Assembly (NCBI GenBank): GCA_040767155.1
Contig: JAXGPC010000005.1
Coordinates: 390,841 to 454,840 of the forward strand
Length of the DNA: 64,000 nt
From: Anaerolineae bacterium
Lineage (GTDB): Bacteria > Chloroflexota > Anaerolineae > B4-G1 > SLSP01
Reading direction: 5' to 3'
Made by a program: the position numbers and the translations under genes. The notes below the pieces were generated by a model. That model was not told the origin of the DNA, searched no databases, and saw nothing but the letters and a program-made list of their open reading frames with translations. Shown in pieces: positions 10,172 through 18,958 of this stretch; the stretch's first letter is position 1; every line of letters begins with the position of its first letter.

Positions 10172-10948
10172 ATGGACAGCAAGTTCGATCTCTCCGGGAA
10201 GGTGGCAGTGGTGACGGGGGCCCGGCAGGGGCTCGGCAAGACGTTCGCGCGTTCGCTGGCCCTTGCCGGTGCGACGGTGTATTTGATGTCGCGGGACGAG
10301 GCCGGCCTGGCAGAGACCGCCGGCGAGCTCGAGGCGTCGACCGGGCGCCGTTGCCCCTACCATCGCATCGATGTCACGGATGAGCGCAGTGTCGAGCGTG
10401 CCGCTCAGTTCGTGAAGGATGACGCTGGCAGGCTCGACATCCTGGTCAATAACGCCGCACTGGGCAGGGGAACCACGCCTTTGCAGGATCTGGACCTGGC
10501 GGAGTGGCATGCCACGATGGAGACCAACCTCACGGGGACCTTTCTGTGCATGAAGCATTTCTGCCGCATGATGATCGAGCAGCGCTCCGGCAAGGTGATC
10601 AACCTGGCCTCAATGGCCGGTATGATCGCGCTGCAGGATAGCTGTCTGGGCGCCTATGATTGCTCGAAGGCCGCCATCGAGTGCCTGACGCGCTGTATGG
10701 CAGGGGAGTGGGCCAAATACAACATCCAGGTCAATGCCATTGCCCCTGGATATTACCTGACCGACATCAACAAGGCCTACATCACCGAGCACCAGGGGTT
10801 CTACGAAAGGTCGCTCAGCCGGATCCCTATGGGCCGTTGGGGCGATCCCGATGCCATTGGCGAGGTGGCCGTGTTCCTGGCCTCTGCTGCTGCGGACTAC
10901 ATGACCGGCTCCACCATCGTCATCGATGGTGGCTACACAGCGTGGTGA
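10172..10948 (+). CDS. SDR family oxidoreductase
   Basis: TGARQGLG cofactor motif, NNAA motif and YxxxK catalytic motif (YDCSKAA). Confidence 0.85.
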   Translation: MDSKFDLSGKVAVVTGARQGLGKTFARSLALAGATVYLMSRDEAGLAETAGELEASTGRRCPYHRIDVTDERSVERAAQFVKDDAGRLDILVNNAALGRGTTPLQDLDLAEWHATMETNLTGTFLCMKHFCRMMIEQRSGKVINLASMAGMIALQDSCLGAYDCSKAAIECLTRCMAGEWAKYNIQVNAIAPGYYLTDINKAYITEHQGFYERSLSRIPMGRWGDPDAIGEVAVFLASAAADYMTGSTIVIDGGYTAW

Positions 10949-11659
10949 TTGGAGGTGATGATGAAAGACATCGACGGTGTTGGAAAGGTCGCTGCCATCG
11001 TGCTTGGCGGCGGACTGAAGGTGGTGACCCACGCGGGCCAGATCACCTACGAGCCTGAGGAGCAGGCCAAGGCGCGGCTCGACCGGGCCCTGGCGCTCTT
11101 CGAGGAGGGCAAGGTCGACGTCATCATCTCGACCGGCGACATCTCGCCCATGGCGGCGCGTGACCCAGCGGTGACCGGTCCCCGGACCGAGGCCGAAGTC
11201 GGGGTGCAGTATCTGCTCGCCAGGGCGGGGGAGGCGTCACCCGCGATGCGCCGGCGCCTCGAGGAGAGCATCTGCTATGAGGACCGGTCCATCGACACGA
11301 TCAGCAACGCCTGGTATGCGAAGAAGCGCTGCCTGGAGCCTCTGGGGATCACGGTGTGCATCGTCGTGACGTCGGATTACCATATCGCGCGGTCGCGCGT
11401 CATCTTCGAGTGGGTTCTGGGGCCGGGGTATACGGTGGAGACTGCCGAAGCGCCCTCGCCGCTCCGCGGCGCCGAGAGGGAGCAGCGCGATCGCTTCGAA
11501 GCCGCCCTGACCGACCATATGCGGAAGCATCTCTTTCCGGTCATCCCGGCGGGTGATGACGAAGCCATGGGGCACTATATGGAGAACGAGCACGCCAAGT
11601 TGTTCGCCGGCCTGGGCCCGGGCTTCGGCCCGCCCCCTGATCTGCCCAAGCCGGCGTGA
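10949..11659 (+). CDS. DUF218 / YdcF-like (ElyC/SanA family) protein
   Basis: Central VVTSDYHIARS motif and overall length typical of DUF218. Confidence 0.55.
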   Translation: MEVMMKDIDGVGKVAAIVLGGGLKVVTHAGQITYEPEEQAKARLDRALALFEEGKVDVIISTGDISPMAARDPAVTGPRTEAEVGVQYLLARAGEASPAMRRRLEESICYEDRSIDTISNAWYAKKRCLEPLGITVCIVVTSDYHIARSRVIFEWVLGPGYTVETAEAPSPLRGAEREQRDRFEAALTDHMRKHLFPVIPAGDDEAMGHYMENEHAKLFAGLGPGFGPPPDLPKPA

Positions 11660-11794
11660 GCCGGAGACTGCAGACGACGTCCCACGAAATGGGCCGTCGC
11701 TGGCCAGTGTCCAGGGAGGTCCTGCGGGCACAGGATCTATCAGGATATGAACTGCCGGAGGTGGCGCGTCCTTCCGGCTCTCCAGCGAGCCCTC

Positions 11795-11929
11795 GTCGGC
11801 GCGGTTCTCAACCTCGATGCAGACCGCGCCGTCGTAGCCTGCATCGGTCAGGGCTGAGAAGAAGCGGCCCCAGTCGATGTTTCTGAGCCGTGGCAGCCTG
11901 GACGTGTCGACCTGCAGCGAATAGGCCAT
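11795..11929 (-). pseudogene. 3'-terminal remnant of a sugar phosphate isomerase/epimerase (xylose-isomerase-like TIM barrel) gene
   Basis: Minus-strand frame reads ...RNIDWGRFFSALTDAGYDGAVCIEVENR, which is the characteristic C-terminus of AP-endonuclease-2/xylose-isomerase-like TIM barrels. There is no room for the N-terminal 200+ aa: the frame runs into the GH65 gene in another frame and has no plausible start or stop. Confidence 0.35.
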
Positions 11930-12014
11930 GGTGCCAATCCCATTCAGGGATGGGTCGGCAGAATCGCGCTCGCGAATCCCGGTGTTATGGTGTGTCTCCC
12001 TTTTTCGGGTAGCA

Positions 12015-14123
12015 CTAACCGTTGCTATCGGTTTCTTGGATTTGGCTATCCAGCCACACCACCTCGGCGCGCGGGGCGCCGTGCAGGGCCGTGATGCGCG
12101 CGGGACGACCGCGCAGGAACACTTTCTCCAGCACGATGCCGTCCCAGCCCTCGGGCATCACGATCGGCCCTGAAAACCAGTCGTCGAGGTTCTCCTTCCA
12201 GAAGTTGATGCGCGTCAGCCCCAGCATCAGCCCGGCCATCAGGCTACCGCGCCCGGTGATGAAGACGGTGGTGACGGCGTCCGGCACGCGCTGGTAGTGG
12301 CCGGCCGTAATCGCGCCCTCGGCGCTCATGCGATAGGGTTCGGTGAAGAACGGCAGGTTGCCCCGGTCGAAGTAGGCCCGCGCGAGCGTGCGGTCGCCCA
12401 ATCGCGCGGGGATCACGCCCAGGAACCCCGAGAGCATCGGGAGCGCCAGGTAGTGTTCCAGGTCGTGCTCGATGAAGAAGCGGTAGGTCGCGGCGTCAAC
12501 CTCGGGGCTGTGGCTGTAGCCGTAGGGGAAGAAGGCCATCAGCGACTCGGGCGGCATCGAATCCCGGATCTCGCAGCCCTCGTACTGCTCGATGAACCCG
12601 AGTTCGGGGTGGACCGGGACGACGAGCGTATCGGCGATCTCCTGCCAGAGGGGGTTGACCGGGTAGCCGAGCTTCGCCGCAAACCGGTTGGCGTGGTGTA
12701 ACACAGCCCGGCAGATGATGTTGGTGAACGAGTCGTTGTTCACGTTGTCGGCGCTCTCGTCGATGCCGGTGACGAAGAGCATCTCGTAGCCCCGTGCGGT
12801 CTTCTCGACGCGGCTCACGATCCACTCGGCCACGCCCTTGACCACCGGCCATGCCTGCTCGCGCAGGAAGACTTTGTCGCCCGTCACCTGGCAGTAGGCG
12901 ACGAAGGCCAACGCGACGTCCATATTCACGTGCTGCTCGCCGGCACCCCCGGCGCCGCCCGCCGAGACGCGGGTGACCTCGTCGCCGGTCGCGCCGCTCT
13001 GCCACGGGAATTGGATGCCGTGATAGCCGTTGATCATGGCGTTGTGGCGCGCGGCCTCCAATCGCCGGAAGCGGTAGTCCAGGATCGCCTTCGCGGCGGC
13101 AGGATCGGTAAGCAGGGGCAGCATCGCCATGAAGCTCTCGGTGTCCCAGAAGACGTGGCCCTTGTAGTTGTCGCGCTGGCTAAGGCCGAAGGGGGCCACG
13201 CTCTGCGGCGAGGAGGGATGGATCGACGAATAAAGGTAGAAGAATGACGCATCGACCACGTCCTGCCACGCTTCGTCGGCGCCCAAGATCCTGACCCGGC
13301 TCTCCCAGAGCGTCGCCCACGCCTTGTGGTTCTCCTCGCGCAGCCTGGCAAAGCCCTTCCATTGGGCCAGCTTGATCATGCGCACCGCCTGCCAGTGCGG
13401 CTCCGAATGTAAGGCGCCGGGCACGGTGCTGACCATCAGCCTGTACCGGTAGGTCGATCCGGGCACTGCCCCGACGCTAGTGGCCTTGGTCAGCCGCTCC
13501 TGCTCGTAGCCCCAGTCGTCGTTGACCTCGCGGAAGGCCCCATCGCCCTCGCACGCCAGGTACGTGGCGAGGCCGGCTGATGTCGAGCCGTCGCGGCTCT
13601 CGAGCCAGAGCACGCCGTCGCAGTCGGCATTGGGCACCAGCGTCATCCGGGTGCGAATCGGTAGCCGGGTGGGGTCGACGAGCGTGGAGACGCTGAGGTC
13701 GCAGGGCTGCTGGACCGTCAGCTCGATCTCCTGGACCACGACGGAAGGGCTCGTGCGGCTCGCGTAGATCAGGTGTGTTCCCCGGAGTGTCTGGCCCCGG
13801 GCGTTGGTGAACGCGAACGTCGTCGTGAGCTCGCCACACGCGAAGTCATAGGTCTGCTCGATCAGGCGGTAGCCGCCGGGGTTCTTTGCGAGCGAGCTGC
13901 CGTCCATGGCCAGGTTCCACGCCACGGCGGGCACGGGGGCGAGCGCCTCCACGCCGAATCGCTCGTGGCTCCCGGTAAAGCCAGCGAGGAGCGCTGTCTG
14001 GTCCGTGAGGGGGCAGGTGCCGACGCGCAGGCCCACAAACCCGTTCGCAACGTAGGCGGGCTGGTGGCTTTGGGGTGCTTCGCGGATCGTGTGCTTTTTC
14101 ATCGAGGATACGCTGAACCACAC
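12015..14123 (-). CDS. glycoside hydrolase family 65 protein (trehalose/maltose/kojibiose phosphorylase or hydrolase-like)
   Basis: GHVFWDTESFMAMLPLL...NGYHGIQFPWQSGATGDEVT matches the conserved GH65 catalytic-core block. Likely start at internal MKKHTIRE or at GTG. Confidence 0.7.
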   Translation of the reverse strand: MWFSVSSMKKHTIREAPQSHQPAYVANGFVGLRVGTCPLTDQTALLAGFTGSHERFGVEALAPVPAVAWNLAMDGSSLAKNPGGYRLIEQTYDFACGELTTTFAFTNARGQTLRGTHLIYASRTSPSVVVQEIELTVQQPCDLSVSTLVDPTRLPIRTRMTLVPNADCDGVLWLESRDGSTSAGLATYLACEGDGAFREVNDDWGYEQERLTKATSVGAVPGSTYRYRLMVSTVPGALHSEPHWQAVRMIKLAQWKGFARLREENHKAWATLWESRVRILGADEAWQDVVDASFFYLYSSIHPSSPQSVAPFGLSQRDNYKGHVFWDTESFMAMLPLLTDPAAAKAILDYRFRRLEAARHNAMINGYHGIQFPWQSGATGDEVTRVSAGGAGGAGEQHVNMDVALAFVAYCQVTGDKVFLREQAWPVVKGVAEWIVSRVEKTARGYEMLFVTGIDESADNVNNDSFTNIICRAVLHHANRFAAKLGYPVNPLWQEIADTLVVPVHPELGFIEQYEGCEIRDSMPPESLMAFFPYGYSHSPEVDAATYRFFIEHDLEHYLALPMLSGFLGVIPARLGDRTLARAYFDRGNLPFFTEPYRMSAEGAITAGHYQRVPDAVTTVFITGRGSLMAGLMLGLTRINFWKENLDDWFSGPIVMPEGWDGIVLEKVFLRGRPARITALHGAPRAEVVWLDSQIQETDSNG

Positions 14124-14190
14124 CTACCGCGTCAGGGATGCAAGGAAGAACCTGGCCGCGTATCTACAGGCAGCTGGCGAACACTGCTAT

Positions 14191-14437
14191 TAGCCTGCGT
14201 CTACTGATCCTTGGGCTGCGCTCCTCTGGGCCGCTTGAAGACCATGATCACGTCGCGGGTTCTGCCGTAGCCTTCGTGGGTGACGAAGGAGGTCGCCAGC
14301 TCCCATCCGTCGCGGCCCAGGCCGTTCATCATGGCGTCGAGTTGTGCCTCATCGACAACGCCACCCCAGAAGCCCTGAGGGCGCAGTTTGACCGTCTTGT
14401 ATTCCCATTCAACGTCGTACCATCCTCCCTGTTGAAT
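14191..14437 (-). CDS. DUF4177 domain protein (small, no canonical start codon found)
   Basis: Minus-frame translation WEYKTVKLRPQGFWGGVVDEAQLDAMMNGLGRDGWELATSFV...VIMVFKRP matches DUF4177. GGAGGA lies upstream, but the first in-frame ATG/GTG/TTG is missing (GTT or ATT instead). Not in the ORF track. Confidence 0.4.
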
Positions 14438-14475
14438 GCAGAGTCACCATTCGAAGGAAGCCGTTCCTGCTTACC

Positions 14476-14880
14476 CTACGCGCGAACGCGGGGTCGGAAC
14501 TTGTAGCCGTAGACGATCGTGCCTTCTTCGCCGTGCGTGCGCAGGCGCCGCGTGACCATCTCTACCGGCATCCCGATCTGCACATCCTTGGGCGCGACAT
14601 CGGTGAGTTGGGCGGTGACGACCGGGCCCTCTTCGAGCTTGACGAGCGCCACGGTGTAGGGGGTATAGGGCTCGAAGCCCTCTGGCGCGTTGTAGACAGT
14701 ACTGAACGTGTAGACTTCGCCGCGTCCGCTCAGGGGCGCTGGTGTCTTTGCCGGCTTGCCGCACTCAGGGCAGATATCGCGTGGAGGGAAGATGGCCGCC
14801 CCGCAATGCCCACACCGCTCGCCCTCGAGCCGATATCGCTGTCCCCTTAACCGCCAATCGTTCGCGACCTTTGCTTCCAT
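14476..14880 (-). CDS. Zn-ribbon/OB-fold protein (DUF35), partner subunit of the archaeal-type thiolase/HMG-CoA synthase complex
   Basis: CGHCGAAIFPPRDICPECG zinc-ribbon motif followed by an OB fold. Sits in a block with thiolase, HMGS and HMGR genes. Confidence 0.8.
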   Translation of the reverse strand: MEAKVANDWRLRGQRYRLEGERCGHCGAAIFPPRDICPECGKPAKTPAPLSGRGEVYTFSTVYNAPEGFEPYTPYTVALVKLEEGPVVTAQLTDVAPKDVQIGMPVEMVTRRLRTHGEEGTIVYGYKFRPRVRA

Positions 14881-15096
14881 TTGTGTGCACTCCTTTTCCC
14901 GGGAGATCTTCTCCCCGTCGGATGTCCTATCATTTCACCAACGTCCAAGCTTTCCGATCCGTGGGTGCGTCTCACTCTGGGGCCACACTGCGGGTGTAGA
15001 TCACGTCTCCAGAGCGGGCAAGATGCCCGCGCTCCGAGAGCGATGTCACCCCCAGAATGAAACGCGCCTTACTTTGTTGCTGTCTCGCCTACTTGC

Positions 15097-16254
15097 CTAT
15101 CCCATGCCTTCGAGTATGTGCGTGATGATCGTGGCGCCGCTCCCGCCGATGTTCTGGGTCATGCCCAGCCGCGCGTTAGGAAGCTGGTTGGCCCCCGCCA
15201 ATCCACGCAACTGCAATACCGCTTCTACCACCTGATAGATACCAGTCGCCCCCACGGGATGGCCCCGTGCCTTCAAGCCGCCCATCGTCGCGATGGGCAC
15301 GCGCCCCTGCAGCGTGATCTCACCATCCAATGCCAGTTGAACGCCCTTGCCCCGTTCGGCAAACCCGGATGCTTCCAGGCTCAGTGCTGCCATAATCGTG
15401 AAGGCATCGTGCAACTCAAAGAAATCCAGGTCCTCAGGCTTGACATTCGCGAGCTGATACGCCTTGTGGGCAGAGGTCCGCGCAGCCTCCAACGCCAGCG
15501 GATCTTTGCGACTATGGACCGCCAGCGGCGCCATTCCTACAGCTGAGGCCCGGATCTTCACCGGTGCTGGGCTCAGCGCACGCGCATACTCTGCCGGCGC
15601 GAGCACAACCGCCGCTGCGCCGTCACAGACCGGCGAGGCGTCGAGCAATCCCACGGGCGTGGCAATGATCGGTGCGCGCGCATAAGCCTCTGCCGAGATC
15701 CGTGACTGGAACATCGCGTTGGGGTTGTTCACGCCGTTGGCATGTGCCGTTACCGCGAAGTTGGCGAAGTCCTCATGCTTCCACCCATACTCATACATAT
15801 AGCGCTGCATCAGCAGCGCGTTGAGGGCCACAAACGAGATCCCCTGGCCCGCCTCATATTCCGCATCTGCCGCGGCAGCTAACGCGGCCGTTGTTTCACG
15901 TCCGCCCGTATCCGTCATCTTCTCCACGCCGAGGGCGAGCACCAGGTTGGCCATCCCGCTGGCAACGGCCATTGTGCCAACCCGCAACGCCGCTGCGCCC
16001 GAGGCGCATGCGGCTTCTACCTTGAAGGCCTCGGTGTTCCCCAGCCCCATAAAGTCCACGGCGAGTGCGCCCAGTTGCGATTGCCCGGCAATCTCGCCGG
16101 AGAGCATGTTGCCCACGTACACTGCATCGACGGTCTCGATTGCGGCGTCTTGAAGCGCGCTCAGGCCCGCTTCGAGCATCAAATGGCGTATACCCGTCGT
16201 CCAGTGTTCGTCTACCGGGGTCTGCCCTATACCGATAATGGCTACGTCACGCAT
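15097..16254 (-). CDS. thiolase (acetyl-CoA C-acetyltransferase, archaeal type)
   Basis: VAIIGIGQTP N-terminus, thiolase-fold catalytic Cys region (AACASGAAAL) and C-terminal GHPVGATG motif. Confidence 0.85.
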   Translation of the reverse strand: MRDVAIIGIGQTPVDEHWTTGIRHLMLEAGLSALQDAAIETVDAVYVGNMLSGEIAGQSQLGALAVDFMGLGNTEAFKVEAACASGAAALRVGTMAVASGMANLVLALGVEKMTDTGGRETTAALAAAADAEYEAGQGISFVALNALLMQRYMYEYGWKHEDFANFAVTAHANGVNNPNAMFQSRISAEAYARAPIIATPVGLLDASPVCDGAAAVVLAPAEYARALSPAPVKIRASAVGMAPLAVHSRKDPLALEAARTSAHKAYQLANVKPEDLDFFELHDAFTIMAALSLEASGFAERGKGVQLALDGEITLQGRVPIATMGGLKARGHPVGATGIYQVVEAVLQLRGLAGANQLPNARLGMTQNIGGSGATIITHILEGMG

Positions 16255-16261
16255 CAGTCCT

Positions 16262-16335
16262 CGAATCGGCGAATCAGCGAATAAGCGAGAAAGCGAATCA
16301 GCGAAAAAAGCATCGCGGAATCAGCGAACTGGGAA
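16262..16335. repeat. tandem array of an about 8-bp GCGARWAR unit (gcgaatca/gcgaataa/gcgagaaa...)
   Basis: Seen directly in the HMGS-thiolase intergenic spacer. Same repeat family as the arrays at 58035-58093 and 58590-58662. Confidence 0.6.
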
Positions 16336-16367
16336 TCCTGGAGCTTCCTCTCCCCAATCATCAATCA

Positions 16368-17426
16368 CTAGTCCCGGAGTTTGCCGCGATAGCGAGTGTA
16401 GAGCGCATAGTCGATCTCGACGCGGCGCTTGATGTAGTCAGCGGTGTGCGGCACTTTGTCCTGGCAGGCTGTGATGCGCTCGGTCACTTCCCAGGCAAAG
16501 GCGTCCGAGCCCGCGCCGGACCCGAAGCTCACCAGCAGGATCCGGTCGCCCGGCTTGGCGATATCCAGCACCGCCGACAAACCTGTCAGTGATGCTCCTG
16601 CATACGTATTGCCAATGACGCCGCTCAAGAGGCCTGTCTCGATCTGCACATTGGTGAATCCCAGCCGCTCTGCGGCGCGCCCCGGGAACTTCACATTGGG
16701 CTGGTGGAAGATGGCGTAGGTGAAATCCTGCGCCGTCAGCGCCAACTCCTCCATCAGCGCGCGCCCAGCGGACTCGACATGGTGGAAATAGGCCGGCTCG
16801 CCCGTGAAGCGTCCCCCGTGGCTGGGGTAGTGCTGATACGCGCGCCGCCAGAAATCCGGGGTGTCGGTCACGTAGGAGAGCGATCCCATGCACACGGCAA
16901 CGGCGCGCTCCGCCGGCCCGATGATGAACGCGCTCCCACCGCTTGCAGCGGTGTACTCCAGCTCGTCGCCCGGGCGTCCCTGTGCCGTATCGGCGCCAAT
17001 CGCCAGCGCATAATCCCCCATTCCTGATCCCACGAGCCCCATCGCCGCCTGCAGTGCTTCGGTCCCGGCCTTGCAGGCGAACTCGAAGTCGCCTGCCAGT
17101 AGATACGGCGTTGCGCCGAGCGCCTCGGCGACGAGCGTCGCTGACGGCTTCACCGCATAGGGATGCGACTCGCTGCCCACCCAGATCGCACGCAGCGCCT
17201 CAGGCAGGATCTCGGCCCGCGCGATGGCGTTCCGTGCTGCCTCGATGGCGATCGTAATCGTATCCTCGTCCAGTCCCGCAACCGCCTTCTCGCGAACGGG
17301 GCCGCGACCGCCCCCGGTCCAGACCCTGGCAATCTCCGAGCCAGGCAGGCGATACATAGGCACATAGGCACCATACCCCACGATCCCCACTGCCCGTTGC
17401 GGTTTCATCAACCGAGCTTCAGTCAC
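16368..17426 (-). CDS. hydroxymethylglutaryl-CoA synthase (archaeal type)
   Basis: [11 protein letters not shown]-terminus and a short length (352 aa) typical of archaeal-type HMGS that partners with thiolase/DUF35. Confidence 0.85.
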   Translation of the reverse strand: MTEARLMKPQRAVGIVGYGAYVPMYRLPGSEIARVWTGGGRGPVREKAVAGLDEDTITIAIEAARNAIARAEILPEALRAIWVGSESHPYAVKPSATLVAEALGATPYLLAGDFEFACKAGTEALQAAMGLVGSGMGDYALAIGADTAQGRPGDELEYTAASGGSAFIIGPAERAVAVCMGSLSYVTDTPDFWRRAYQHYPSHGGRFTGEPAYFHHVESAGRALMEELALTAQDFTYAIFHQPNVKFPGRAAERLGFTNVQIETGLLSGVIGNTYAGASLTGLSAVLDIAKPGDRILLVSFGSGAGSDAFAWEVTERITACQDKVPHTADYIKRRVEIDYALYTRYRGKLRD

Positions 17427-17438
17427 ACAGTCCTCCTC

Positions 17439-18764
17439 TTATGAGGCGCTGTCTTTGTTCAACAACGACCGAGCGACATCGATGCGGATGGCACGACTCT
17501 CGACCATCGCTTGCGCGACGCGGTCGATATCGGCTCCCACCGCGCCTGCGGCCATCGCCACCTGGCGGGCGTGGAGTGCCATGTGTCCCTTCTGGATGCC
17601 CTCGGTGGCCAGTGCCCGCAGTGCGGCCAGGTTCTGCGCCAGTCCAACGCTTGCGACGACCATAGCCAGCTCACCGGCGTTCTGCACACCGAGGATCTTC
17701 AACGCGACCCGAGCCGTCGGGTGCACGCGTGTGGCCCCTCCAACCGTTCCGAGCGCCAGTGGCAGCTCCAGATGGCCCAGAAGACTGCCCTGTCGATCAC
17801 GGCGCCAGGTGCTCAGGCTCGTGTACCGCCCGCCGCGGGCGGCATAGGCATGGGCCCCTGCTTCCACTGCACGCCAGTCGTTACCGGTCGCCAACACGAC
17901 GGCATCTACGCCGTTCATAACGCCCTTGTTGTGGGTCGCCGCCCGATAGGGATCGGCAGCGGCGAAGGCCCAGGCTAACTCGATCCCATCGGCCACCTGC
18001 GCTCCGGTGAACGTCTCGAACGCCAGCGCATCCTCGGGGATTGTGACCCGTGCCCGCGCCAGGCGGTGGTCCGCCAGATTGCTCAGGATCCGCAGATACG
18101 GTGTCCCACCGGTCAGCGCGGCCAGCTCCGGTGCCAGTCGCTCACATGCCGTGTTCACGACGTTCGCGCCCATCGCATCGCGCACGTCGATCAACAGGTG
18201 TACGACCAGCATCGACCCTCTGGCAGTATCGAGGATGCGGACCTGGATATCCTGCGCGCCGCCTCCCAGGTCCACGAGCACGGGGTCCAGCGCATTGACT
18301 ATCGCCATCAGGCGCGCTCTGTCAGCGAGAATCGCATCGATCGCGGCATGGGGGTCGGGCAGATCGACCAACTGAACCTGGCCAATCATTACGGGAGCAT
18401 CCGCCTCAGCTATAAACCCACCACCACGGCGAGCCAGCCTGGCGGCGAAGGATGCGCCCGCGACGACCGAGGGTTCCTCGATCACCATTGGCACCAACAC
18501 GTCGCGGCCGTTCACGACGAAGTTCGTGGCAATACCCAGGGGCAGTGCATAGCGGCCCACGGCGTTCTCGACCATGGCATTCGCCCGGTCGAGGCTCAAC
18601 CCCATTCCTTCGCTGAGGAGGTCGGCTTCCTCGTCCGACAGGACAACCTGCTCCCGGATCAAGGTGATACGTTCCTGAACCGTGAGTGTATAGAATCCGC
18701 TCAGTCGCGACGTCGGTTTTGATGGCATAAAGGGCGTTACGTGGACTCCTAGCGAGAAAATCAT
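17439..18764 (-). CDS. mvaA: hydroxymethylglutaryl-CoA reductase (class II-like)
   Basis: DAMGAN(V)VNT and EEPSVVAG motifs. Coupled to the HMGS gene downstream (12-nt gap). Confidence 0.9.
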   Translation of the reverse strand: MIFSLGVHVTPFMPSKPTSRLSGFYTLTVQERITLIREQVVLSDEEADLLSEGMGLSLDRANAMVENAVGRYALPLGIATNFVVNGRDVLVPMVIEEPSVVAGASFAARLARRGGGFIAEADAPVMIGQVQLVDLPDPHAAIDAILADRARLMAIVNALDPVLVDLGGGAQDIQVRILDTARGSMLVVHLLIDVRDAMGANVVNTACERLAPELAALTGGTPYLRILSNLADHRLARARVTIPEDALAFETFTGAQVADGIELAWAFAAADPYRAATHNKGVMNGVDAVVLATGNDWRAVEAGAHAYAARGGRYTSLSTWRRDRQGSLLGHLELPLALGTVGGATRVHPTARVALKILGVQNAGELAMVVASVGLAQNLAALRALATEGIQKGHMALHARQVAMAAGAVGADIDRVAQAMVESRAIRIDVARSLLNKDSAS

Positions 18765-18958
18765 AGCATAAGCCTCCTCTCAAAAGCTATCAGGTCTCGA
18801 TTTCTAACCTTTATCAGTCCTAGATGCGAAGCCTCAGACGTACGAAAGTTCCTCTGCTCCACATGATCTTGCTTTATTCGCCGTTTCGGGATATTCTCGG
18901 CAGAAGTGCAGCAGATCGGACTATTGCCGACAGAAACCTGCAGGGAGCGGCGCCTACT

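Noticed and set aside
11237-11929. 230-aa minus-strand ORF as an intact gene
   Set aside because: Only the first 45 residues look like real protein (a TIM-barrel C-terminus). The remainder is antisense to the DUF218 gene and is read-through. It is called a gene remnant instead.
14138-14506. 122-aa plus-strand ORF
   Set aside because: Antisense to the DUF4177 coding region; no motifs.
18765-18958. Possible LexA/SOS box upstream of recN (acGAAAGTTCc)
   Set aside because: It is only a GAA-N1-GTTC partial palindrome and does not match the GAAC-N4-GTTC or CTGT-N8-ACAG consensus. This is insufficient.
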